Below, piece by piece: positions 1 to 8,346 of a stretch of DNA of 42,308 bases. The first letter of the stretch is position 1. The number at the start of each line of letters is the position of its first letter. A program made the translations under genes and the position numbers. The notes under the pieces are model-generated. The model had not been told where the DNA came from. It searched no databases and was given only the letters and a program-made list of their open reading frames with translations. The DNA is taken from contig CAXBQP010000026.1 in assembly GCA_963978095.1 (NCBI GenBank), forward strand, positions 1 to 42,308, in the 5' to 3' direction. Source of the DNA: an uncultured bacterium (GTDB lineage Bacteria > Gemmatimonadota > Gemmatimonadetes > Gemmatimonadales > Gemmatimonadaceae).

Positions 1-3000
1 AGGAGCGGGAGGGCGAGACCGGAGAACGGAGACGGTGCGGGAGTCACGACCGGCGCCGGGGCGATCTTCTCGATCTCCGACTTGAGCGCGTCGGCCTCGG
101 CGCTCGGACTCTTGCTCAGCGCATCCACCAGCGCGCGCGCCTCGAGATACGCGGCGTGCGTCGCCTTGGCACCGCCGTACATTGAAGTCGTGAGCGCGGT
201 GAGCTGCGCGAGGCCGGCCGCCGAGGTCTTCACGCGCGGGTCGAGCTTGAGGGTGATCGGCTGCGTGTAGTGCTTGCCGTCCACGGTCAAGCGTACCGTA
301 TAAGTACCCGGCTGGGCCCACGGTGAACCCGGCGACGTGTAGGTGCGCCCGGGGACCGCCCCGCTCGATCCATCACCGCCCCCGCGTCCCCCGCCGCCGG
401 CACCGATGGGATCCATATGCAGATCCCAGTTGAAGCGATGCATCCCGCGCGTGGTGCCGAGCGTCAGCGACGGGGCCGGCCAATAGAGCGGGAGCCCGCA
501 ATCCGGCGCGTTCGGATTCGACTGGCAGATCTGGTTGTACTTGTCCGGATCCGTCGCCGGTTCGGCGCTCATCTTGCGGTCGTCGCTCGTGTAGGAGCGC
601 ACCACAGTGCCCGACTTGTCGAGGATCTCCAGTCGCACCGGGCCAGTCGCGTTCGACGCCAGGTAGTAATCGATGATCCCGCCCGGGGCGGGGTTCTCCC
701 CGGCCGGAACTTCCGGCGGCCACGGCGTGGGATCGTTCGTCGCGAAACGCACGCGCAACGCCGTCGACGGCGTGAACAGGAAGTGGCCGTTGGCCGCCTT
801 CAACGCGGCCATCTGCCGGAGCGGCGTCACGTTGTCGAGGATCCAGAAGCCGCGTCCGTGCGTCCCCGCCACGAGATCGCTGCACTGGCAGATGCTGTCG
901 TCCTTCACCTGGATGTCGCGCACGCTGATCGACGGCATGTCCACCTTGAGCGACTGCCAGTGATCGCCGTCGTCGAAGCTGACCCAGACCTGCAGGTCGG
1001 TCGCAGCGTACAGCAGTCCCTTGGTGCGCGGGTCTTCGCGGATCGAGTTCGCCGCGGCGCCGCCGGCGATCCCGGTGTTGATCTCCGTCCACGTCTTGCC
1101 GCCGTCGTGCGTGCGGTAGAAGTGAGGGTTCAGATCATCGAGACGGAGCGTGTTCGCGGCCGCGTAGGCCGTCTGCGTATCGAAGTGCCCGGCCTCGATG
1201 TTGAAGATACGCGTCCACGGCTTGATCGACGCCGGAGTGACGTTCTTCCACGTCCGGCCACCGTCACTCGTCGTGGAGATCGTGCCGTCGTCGGTGCCGG
1301 TCCAGATCACCCCAAGGCTCTTGCTCGAGAGCGACATCGCGGTGATCGCCCCGGCCGCGGCGGGCGTGATGTTCGCGGCGTATTTGCCGGCGGTCGCTGG
1401 CACCGCCCACGAGGCGCCGCGCGTGAGATCGCCGCTGATGCGCGTCCAGCTGTGCGCGCGGTCGGTGCTCTTCCACACCACGTTCGACGCATAAAACAGC
1501 GTGCTGTGATCGACCGGCGACCACTCGATCGGCATCGTGCGCACATTGCGTCCGAACTCGGTACCGCGCTGCGATGCGTCCGGGCCGACCGCAGAGGTCT
1601 GCCCGGTCCTGCGATTGTACAACGACACGCCGGTGCGCTGGCTGCCGTAGACCCAGTCCGGGTCCTTCGGGTCGGGCGCGGCCACGCCATACTCCTGGAT
1701 GTTCACCGGATGCCAATCGTGGAAGGTGATCTCACCATCCATCGAGCGACTGTCGACGCACGCCGAACCCGAGTCCTGCTGTCCGCCGCACACCCGATAC
1801 GGAAAGCTCATGTCGGTGCTCACATGGTACATCGCAGCCGTCGGCTGGTTGTACCAGTTGCTCCACGACTTGCCGCGATTTCCCGACACCACGCCCCCCT
1901 GATCGGCCACCACGATCAGAATGTTCGGATCGTTGGGGTTCACCCACGACTTCTGATAGTCGTCACCACCGGGCGCCCCGCGCACCGCGCTCCACGTCAG
2001 CCCCCCGTCCTCGGTGCGCCAGAACACGGTGCTCGCGCTGTAGATCACCTTGTCATTCTTGGGATCCACGGTGATGGTCGGCAGATCGCCACCGCCGATG
2101 CGCACGAGCGGACGATTGTCCGGCGCACGATTCGAACCACCGTCGGCGGCGGCCAGTTTCCAGTGTTCACCACCGTCGACGCTCTTGTAGAACCCCACCG
2201 ACCCGCCGCCGGCGCCACCACGGCCACCGCCGCCGGCCGCTCCGGCCACCATCGCGTACAACGTCCCCGGCGCACTCGGCGCGACCGCCAGGTTCGCCTC
2301 GATCACCGGGGGCAATCCCTCATTGATCGCCTTCCACGTCGTGCCGCCGTCGACCGACTTGAAGATTCCTTTTCCCGCGCCGCCGAAGCCCTGACCTTCG
2401 ATGAAACTCTGTTGCTGCTCCCAGAGCGCGGCGTACACGGTATTCGAGTTCGACGGATCGATGCGCACATCATTCGCGCTCGTGTACTCGTCCTGGTACA
2501 GCACTTTCTGGAACGTCTTGCCGCCGTCCGTCGAGCGGAAGATCCCGCGCTCCGTGTTCGGTCCGTACGGATGGCCGAGTGCCGCGACGAACAGGCGGTT
2601 CGGATCCTTGGGATCCACGTCGATGTTCGCGATCATCTGCGTATCGAACAGGCCGAGGTGCGTCCATGTCTTGCCGGCGTCGATGGACTTGTACACGCCG
2701 TCGCCGACGGCGAGATCGGGGCGGATGATCCCCGCGCCGGTACCCACGTAGATGATGTTCGGATTCGAGGGCGCCACCGCGATCGCACCGATCGAGCCCG
2801 TGGGTTGTCCGTCGAAAATCGGGACCCAGTTGGCACCGTAATCGGTCGAACGCCAAACGCCGCCGTTATCGAAGCCGATGTAGGCCACATTCGGTTGGCT
2901 CGGTACACCCGCGACGGCGCGCGCACGACCCGCACGCGTCGGGCCGATCTGACGCCAGTGGAGCGCAGCGGTCGGATCAACAGGCGTTTGCGCGGTCGCG

Positions 3001-3110
3001 GTTGCGGACGGCATCAGCAGGCCGGCGAGCGCGAGGAGGACGGTGAGCGGGCGCACGGAAGTGAGGCGCACAGGTCGGGGCCGGGTAGGGGTGTGGAACG
3101 GGCGCGGCAT
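1..3110 (-). CDS. Secreted VPS10/BNR (Asp-box) repeat beta-propeller protein, glycosyl-hydrolase-like; 3' end runs off the left edge
   Basis: Absent from the ORF track. Manual translation from ATG 3110 (alternative GTG 3071): signal peptide (PLTVLLALAGLLMPSATATAQ), then LHWRQIGPTRAGRARAVAGVPSQPNVAYIGFDNGGVWRSTDYGANW and repeated SxDxGxTW Asp-boxes. The same frame is open at position 1. Only the ends and some internal parts were translated. Confidence 0.85.
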   Translation of the reverse strand, partial: MPRPFHTPTRPRPVRLTSVRPLTVLLALAGLLMPSATATAQTPVDPTAALHWRQIGPTRAGRARAVAGVPSQPNVAYIGFDNGGVWRSTDYGANWVPIFDGQPTGSIGAIAVAPSNPNIIYVGTGAGIIRPDLAVGDGVYKSIDAGKTWTHLGLFDTQMIANIDVDPKDPNRLFVAALGHPYGPNTERGIFRSTDGGKTFQKVLYQDEYTSANDVRIDPSNSNTVYAALWEQQQSFIEGQGFGGAGKGIFKSVDGGTTWKAINEGLPPVIEANLAVAPSAPGTLYAMVAGAAGGGGRGGAGGGSVGFYKSVDGGEHWKLAAADGGSNRAPDNRPLVRIGGGDLPTITVDPKNDKVIYSASTVFWRTEDGGLTWSAVRGAPGGDDYQKSWVNPNDPNILIVVADQGGVVSGNRGKSWSNWYNQPTAAMYHVSTDMSFPYRVCGGQQDSGSACVDSRSMDGEITFHDWHPVNIQEYGVAAPDPKDPDWVYGSQRTGVSLYNRRTGQTSAVGPDASQRGTEFGRNVRTMPIEWSPVDHSTLFYASNVVWKSTDRAHSWTRISGDLTRGASWAVPATAGKYAANITPAAAGAITAMSLSSKSLGVIWTGTDDGTISTTSDGGRTWKNVTPASIKPWTRIFNIEAGHFDTQTAYAAANTLRLDDLNPHFYRTHDGGKTWTEINTGIAGGAAANSIREDPRTKGLLYAATDLQVWVSFDDGDHWQSLKVDMPSISVRDIQVKDDSICQCSDLVAGTHGRGFWILDNVTPLRQMAALKAANGHFLFTPSTALRVRFATNDPTPWPPEVPAGENPAPGGIIDYYLASNATGPVRLEILDKSGTVVRSYTSDDRKMSAEPATDPDKYNQICQSNPNAPDCGLPLYWPAPSLTLGTTRGMHRFNWDLHMDPIGAGGGGRGGGDGSSGAVPGRTYTSPGSPWAQPGTYTVRLTVDGKHYTQPITLKLDPRVKTSAAGLAQLTALTTSMYGGAKATHAAYLEARALVDALSKSPSAEADALKSEIEKIAPAPVVTPAPSPFSGLALPL

Positions 3111-3236
3111 CGCGAATCTATAATGATGCCCGTGGTTGCCCTGCCCGGCAATGAGCGGTCAGTGCGCGGTCGCCGACCGACCTATTTCCGACTGTGTGAC
3201 TTCAGCGTGTGGCGCAGCGTGAGCAAACGGCGCAGA

Positions 3237-4973
3237 TCACGGCGGTGGGGGCTGCGTGCCGGCACCCCCCGAGAGGGCGTTCCCAATATCGAGCCGGAGT
3301 GTGAGGTGCACGCTGCCGGGGGGCAGATGGTGCGTGGCGGCGCTATCCGCGACATGACCGAGCTGCGCGAGCACCGGTGCGTCATCGCCGCGCTCGATCG
3401 CACGGTTCACCACGGACCGCGCACCGGCATAGTCACCCTCACCGATCAGATCGGTGGCCAGTTCGATCAGCGCCACGGGCTGATCGGGTTCCTCGGCAAG
3501 ACTCAGACGGAGCTGCACCACGGCGGCCGTATCGTTACCCACCTCGTGCAGGCGGCGGGCGAAGTCCTCGCGGATCTTCCAGGGCGCCACCGATTCCTCG
3601 ATCGCGCGATCATAGATCCGGATGGCCTCCTGCGTCTGTCCATTCACGAAGAGCAGATCACCGACGGCGTGCGACACGCGGAAGCTCCGTGGTGCATCCT
3701 GCGTGCTGGTCATCCACAGCTGGTAGTCGTTCCGCCAGACGGTGTGACGCTCAGCGCTCCGGAGCACGCCGAGCACCACCAGCAGCCCGACGCAGCCGTA
3801 GCCCAGACGCCGGAGTGGTACCGTTGGAACAGGCACAGACCGCACGACCCACCGCGCGAGGGCTACAACGGAGAGCAGGAAGCCGAAGCTCGGGAGGAAG
3901 AGCGTCCGCTCCGCCACGACGATCCCCGTGGGCACCAGCACATTGCTGACAGGGAGTAGCGTGATCACGAGCCACGCGATCCCGAATGTGACGACGGCGG
4001 CGCGTCGTCGGAACCAGAGGAGACTCGCACCGGCCGATACGATCACCAGTGACCCCGCCACCTGCCGAAGCCCGAAGCGTGTGGCCGTCACGATCTCGCC
4101 AGGGGAGTAGTCCACCTGAAGATGCTTCGGCCAAGCCAGCAGACGCAGCCAGACGGGGACGACGCCGAGCATCGTGAGCGCACGCCCTCTGATGCCAACT
4201 CCCTGAAGGGCTTCCGCAGTGAAAGTGCCTGACACGTTCCCGGCGAGCACAACCGTGCGCAGGATCAGCGCAGCAAGACCGGCGAGCGAGAGCGCGGCGA
4301 ATCCAGGCCACAGTCTTCGGACGCGCGGCGCCAGCGGAAGATCCGGGGCCACGAGGAGCCATTCTGCGGCCATCAGCAACGCAGGCAGCACGAACGCATG
4401 CTCCTTCGTGAGCGCGGCCGTGACGTAGAGTGCCGCGAACGCGGCCCAGTCCGCGCGATCCGGGTTGCCCGCGGCACGGATGTCCAGATAATGCGTGAGA
4501 AGGAGGAGCGTGAGCAGCGCGACGATGAGCTCCCCCTGATTCACCGCCAGCGCCACCGACTCCACATGCACGGGATGTGCTGCGAACAGCAGCGCGGCGA
4601 TCAGCCCGCCGCGCATGCCGAGCAGGCGACGGCCGAGTGCGAGGACACCGAGCGCGACGGCCGCGTACAGCACATAACTGGACACGCGGAAGAACACCGG
4701 CGCGCCGTTGCCGATCACGTACTGGATGGCCACGACGAACGAGGCGATCGGTCGATACAGCTCGGGATTGAACGGCGGCGGCCAATATGGTCGCGTCAGG
4801 ATCTCCCGGATGTGGTCGAGATCATGCACGCGTGCATTTTGCTGCACGAGCAGCACATCATCGAAGGCGAACTGGTTCGGGAGACCGGCCACGGAGGCCA
4901 GGAGCGACACAACAGAAACCGCGATCTCCTCACGCCAGCTGCGTGGGGGATCGCGGCGGGAATTCTTGCGCAT
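3237..4973 (-). CDS. TMTC-like (GT-C fold) membrane glycosyltransferase with C-terminal TPRs
   Basis: FAFDD acidic pair after TM1, YRPI, HPVHVESVA, KE and AERTLFLPS motifs typical of TMTC/DUF1736 proteins; many TM segments; TPR-like tail. Confidence 0.75.
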   Translation of the reverse strand: MRKNSRRDPPRSWREEIAVSVVSLLASVAGLPNQFAFDDVLLVQQNARVHDLDHIREILTRPYWPPPFNPELYRPIASFVVAIQYVIGNGAPVFFRVSSYVLYAAVALGVLALGRRLLGMRGGLIAALLFAAHPVHVESVALAVNQGELIVALLTLLLLTHYLDIRAAGNPDRADWAAFAALYVTAALTKEHAFVLPALLMAAEWLLVAPDLPLAPRVRRLWPGFAALSLAGLAALILRTVVLAGNVSGTFTAEALQGVGIRGRALTMLGVVPVWLRLLAWPKHLQVDYSPGEIVTATRFGLRQVAGSLVIVSAGASLLWFRRRAAVVTFGIAWLVITLLPVSNVLVPTGIVVAERTLFLPSFGFLLSVVALARWVVRSVPVPTVPLRRLGYGCVGLLVVLGVLRSAERHTVWRNDYQLWMTSTQDAPRSFRVSHAVGDLLFVNGQTQEAIRIYDRAIEESVAPWKIREDFARRLHEVGNDTAAVVQLRLSLAEEPDQPVALIELATDLIGEGDYAGARSVVNRAIERGDDAPVLAQLGHVADSAATHHLPPGSVHLTLRLDIGNALSGGAGTQPPPP

Positions 4974-5044
4974 GGTCGGACGAAGTGAGCGAAGGGACAG
5001 TCCCCCACATACGCATCACCGCGGCGAGCGTTGAGCGCGCGCGA

Positions 5045-5581
5045 TCAGCCCAGTTCCAGCTGCCAGTAGCCCACGCTCATCCACTGCCCGAACTTGATCC
5101 CGATGTTCGGGAACTCGGCGACCTTCACGAAACCGAACTTCTCGTGTAATCGCACGCTCGCGTCGTTCGGAAGTCCGATGCCGCCTACGGCATTGCGGAT
5201 GCCGCGCGCACGGAGCAGCGGAAGCAACGCCGCGTACAGCGCGCTCCCTCTCCCCCTGCCGGCTTGCCCGGGAGCGCAGTACACCGTCACCTCGGCCGAA
5301 AAACGGTAGCCGGCGCGTGGTTTCCATTTGGCGGCATATGCATATCCCACGAGCTCGCCCGCAGCTTCCGCGACGAGCCACGGAAGGCCGGAGGCTTCGA
5401 TCTCCGCGATGCGCGCACTGATCTCGTCCGCTGTGACCGCTTCTTCTTCGAACGTCACGGTCGTGTGCAACACGAAATGGTTGTAGATCGTCGCGATGGC
5501 CGTGGCGTCGTCCGCAGAGACGGGACGCACGCGCAACGCCGTCGCGGTGTCCGACGGGTTACGCGGCGGTGTGCCGTGCAT
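5045..5581 (-). CDS. GNAT N-acetyltransferase (phosphinothricin acetyltransferase/ArsN1-like)
   Basis: IYNHFVLHTTVTFEEE, GYAYA, GRGRGSALY, NDASVRLHEKFGF, KFGQW. Start taken as ATG 5581 (uncertain), overlapping the MFS stop. Confidence 0.85.
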   Translation of the reverse strand: MHGTPPRNPSDTATALRVRPVSADDATAIATIYNHFVLHTTVTFEEEAVTADEISARIAEIEASGLPWLVAEAAGELVGYAYAAKWKPRAGYRFSAEVTVYCAPGQAGRGRGSALYAALLPLLRARGIRNAVGGIGLPNDASVRLHEKFGFVKVAEFPNIGIKFGQWMSVGYWQLELG

Positions 5582-6821
5582 GACCCAATGTGGTGCCGCG
5601 TGTGAACGCGAGCACGCCAAGCAGTCCCAGGAGCTGGATCGCACCGGCGATATAGAACGGAGTGCCCGCGGCGGTGCTCGGCATTCCCGGAGAGATCGCG
5701 TACGCGAAACTGGCGCCGAAGAGCGTCGGCCCGACCATCCCGGCAATCCCGCTCAGGCTGCCGAGTGCGCCTTGCAACTGTCCCTGCGCTTCCGGCGAGA
5801 CGCGTGCCGACATCAGCGCCTGCGCCGACGGGTTGTAGAGCCCCGCGAGTGAACCGAACGGGATTCCCAACATGAACCAGAGAGGTGATGCGGCGATTCC
5901 ATAAAAGACACTCGAAAGCGCGGCGCAGCTGAGTCCGATGATCGCGGAGTTGCGTTCGCCGAACGTCCGGACCACCGGGCGGATGATTGCCCCTTGCACC
6001 ACTGAGCTCGTGATGCCGACGATCGCGAGAGTGATCCCGGTGCGACTCGCGGTCCATCCGTAGCGGTGCCCCACATACAGCACGTAGACGGCAGGGAGCA
6101 CCTGATGGGCGAGCTGATAGCAGATCTGCACGGCCGCGAGCCCCACGAGTGTCGCGTTGGAGCGCAGGAGTCGCAACGAGCCGAGGGGGTTGGCGCGCTT
6201 CCAGGCGAACGGTTCGCGTCGATCGAGCGGGAGCGACTCGGGGAGCGCGAAGTACCCGTACACCGCGTTCGCAGCCGTGAGCGCACCGGCGACCCAGAAG
6301 GGGAGTCGTGGGTCATGCGCGCCGAGTGCGCCACCCAGCGCGGGCCCGAGGACGAAACCGAGGCCCCACGCCGCGCCGATCATGCCGAAGGCACTCGCGC
6401 GCTTCTCGACCGGGGTGACATCGGCGATGTATGCGCCAGCGGTCGTGTACGTCGCACCGCAGATGCCGGAAGTGATGCGCCCGAACCAGAGCCACCCGAG
6501 CGTCGGCGCCGCGGCCATCACGAGATAATCCACGCCGAGCCCGATCAACGCGAGCAGGATCACGGGTCGCCGCCCGAAGCGATCGGAGAGCGAGCCGAGG
6601 ATCGGCGAGCAGAGGAACTGCGCGGCTGCGTACGCGCTGCCGAAGAGCCCCCACATGTTCGACGCGCGGACCGTGTCACCGTGCAGGAAGGTGACGACCA
6701 GCGACGGAAGCACCGGTACCACGATCCCGAACGCAAGAACGTCGAGGATGACGGTGAGGTAGAGGAAGCGGAGAGCGCGGACGTTGGCGGCGACGGGCAC
6801 GACAGAAGATACCGGTCGCAC
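5559..6821 (-). CDS. TCR/Tet-family MFS drug:H+ antiporter
   Basis: Motif A GSLSDRFGRRPV, TM1 D-x-L-x-x-G-I-x-x-P-V-L-P, GRITSG, motif C GFVLGPALGG, LPESL; about 12 TMs. Confidence 0.9.
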   Translation of the reverse strand: MRPVSSVVPVAANVRALRFLYLTVILDVLAFGIVVPVLPSLVVTFLHGDTVRASNMWGLFGSAYAAAQFLCSPILGSLSDRFGRRPVILLALIGLGVDYLVMAAAPTLGWLWFGRITSGICGATYTTAGAYIADVTPVEKRASAFGMIGAAWGLGFVLGPALGGALGAHDPRLPFWVAGALTAANAVYGYFALPESLPLDRREPFAWKRANPLGSLRLLRSNATLVGLAAVQICYQLAHQVLPAVYVLYVGHRYGWTASRTGITLAIVGITSSVVQGAIIRPVVRTFGERNSAIIGLSCAALSSVFYGIAASPLWFMLGIPFGSLAGLYNPSAQALMSARVSPEAQGQLQGALGSLSGIAGMVGPTLFGASFAYAISPGMPSTAAGTPFYIAGAIQLLGLLGVLAFTRGTTLGHARHTAA

Positions 6822-6843
6822 TCGGCTACTGTCGAGATGGGCG

Positions 6844-8211
6844 TTATCGGGGGCGGGGCTTCAGCTCGTACCGATCCACGATGCCACCATTCCCTGTGGA
6901 GAGCCGCGATCGCACGAACTCAACCACGGCGCGCGTCGAATCCACCGTGACGCGCACATGCCCGGGACTGCCGAAGAGCGTGCCTGACCGGTAGCCGTAC
7001 TCCTCGGCGCTGTTGATCCCTCCTTCCCGCGCAAGGCTGGGTTGCGGAACCTCCTGATACGCGATGCCGTCCCGTTCCTGACGCACGTACAAGTGATCGT
7101 GCCCGTGGAAGACCGCGGTCACGTGGTACTTCAGCAGCAGGTCGTGGATCGGGAGCGCCCACCCCGGACGCCGCGCGGCGAAACCCGGTGACCCGTCGAG
7201 ATTCGCGCCGCCCCACTCGAAGAATCGCGAGGCTTCGGCGCCACCGCGTGCTTCGTACCCCGTGCCGCCGACGAGATGGTGCAGGAAGACGAAGGTGTAG
7301 CGCGCCGTCGAGCGGTCGAGTGTGCGCACCAGCCAGTCGTATTGCTCCTTGCCGAGCGTCCACGCCCAACTCGTGCCGGCACGGTTCGGACGATCGGTCG
7401 TTGCGACGAAGGGGTCGAGCACGAGGAATGCGGCATCGCCCCACTGCCACGCGTAGTAGTTCTTCGCGGACGGAGCGCTGACATAGAAATCATTCGCGAG
7501 GACCGGAGGGAAGTAGCGGGTCCGCATGGCTGCGGCCCAGCTCGCATTCGCCGGGGTCCACCCGAGCTCACCGTCGTGGTTCCCTTGCACGAGGAAGACA
7601 GGCAGCGTGTTCCCCACCAGACCGAAGTACGATCGTTGCGCGTAGTACTGCGCGGAGGCGGTGCGGAAGTCGGGATATTTCTCCGACATGAAGGTATCGC
7701 CGAGGTCGATCAGGAAGTCGGCGCTGTCGGCGCGCATGTTGCCGAGTGCGGTCGCGTAGATGCGTGTGTCGGAGCGTTCATCGAGATGGGAATCCGCTTG
7801 CAGTACGAAGCGGAAGCCGGCTCCCGGGCGACGAGCCGTGCGAAAGCTTCCGGCGAGCAGGGGCTCCGCTCCTTCGATGTGATAGCGATACGCACGATCA
7901 GCCACGAGACCGGTGAGCTCGACCGAGGCCGGCTCCCCCGCCCGCAGATGTTGCGGGAGCCGACGCGGGGCCTCCCCCTCGAGCACCACGACGACATCGC
8001 GATCAGCGGCGGAGAGGAGACTGAGGGTCACCGCGGTCGAGGTCGGGCGCGCCAGGATTGCATTGAGCGCGATCGGGGGCACGTCGGTCTGAAAGCTTCC
8101 GGTCTTCGGAGGGCCGCGCCGTCCGCCCTGCGCGCTGACAATCGGCGCCGACAGCGTGAGTCCAATCGCGAGTGCGAGGCAGAACGGAGACGAGCAGCGG
8201 GCGTGACGCAT
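6844..8211 (-). CDS. Secreted calcineurin-like metallophosphoesterase (purple-acid-phosphatase-like, FN3-type N-domain)
   Basis: Metal motifs ADSH, LGD, GNHD, FLHH, GHDH; signal peptide from ATG 8211. Confidence 0.85.
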   Translation of the reverse strand: MRHARCSSPFCLALAIGLTLSAPIVSAQGGRRGPPKTGSFQTDVPPIALNAILARPTSTAVTLSLLSAADRDVVVVLEGEAPRRLPQHLRAGEPASVELTGLVADRAYRYHIEGAEPLLAGSFRTARRPGAGFRFVLQADSHLDERSDTRIYATALGNMRADSADFLIDLGDTFMSEKYPDFRTASAQYYAQRSYFGLVGNTLPVFLVQGNHDGELGWTPANASWAAAMRTRYFPPVLANDFYVSAPSAKNYYAWQWGDAAFLVLDPFVATTDRPNRAGTSWAWTLGKEQYDWLVRTLDRSTARYTFVFLHHLVGGTGYEARGGAEASRFFEWGGANLDGSPGFAARRPGWALPIHDLLLKYHVTAVFHGHDHLYVRQERDGIAYQEVPQPSLAREGGINSAEEYGYRSGTLFGSPGHVRVTVDSTRAVVEFVRSRLSTGNGGIVDRYELKPRPR

Positions 8212-8242
8212 GGGATCGGCGCGCGAGAGGGTGTAGCCGTCA

Positions 8243-8300
8243 GACGCCGGGAAATCACCGACGTTAGCTTCTGGCGTAACACCTCTCATTGGGATGCGTC
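8243..8300. promoter_or_regulatory. Putative back-to-back ECF-sigma-type promoters (TAAC-N16-CGTC on both strands)
   Basis: Plus strand: GTAAC 8276-8280, 16 nt, CGTC 8297-8300. Minus strand: CTAAC 8267-8263, 16 nt, CGTC 8246-8243. Confidence 0.4.
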
Positions 8301-8346
8301 ATATAGGTGCGTCGTGTCGAATCGATGGTCGTGCGGGAGCGATTGA

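Noticed and set aside
417..3959. 1180-aa plus-strand ORF
   Set aside because: Arg/His/Val-rich antisense shadow of the VPS10 and TMTC-like genes; no domain motifs.
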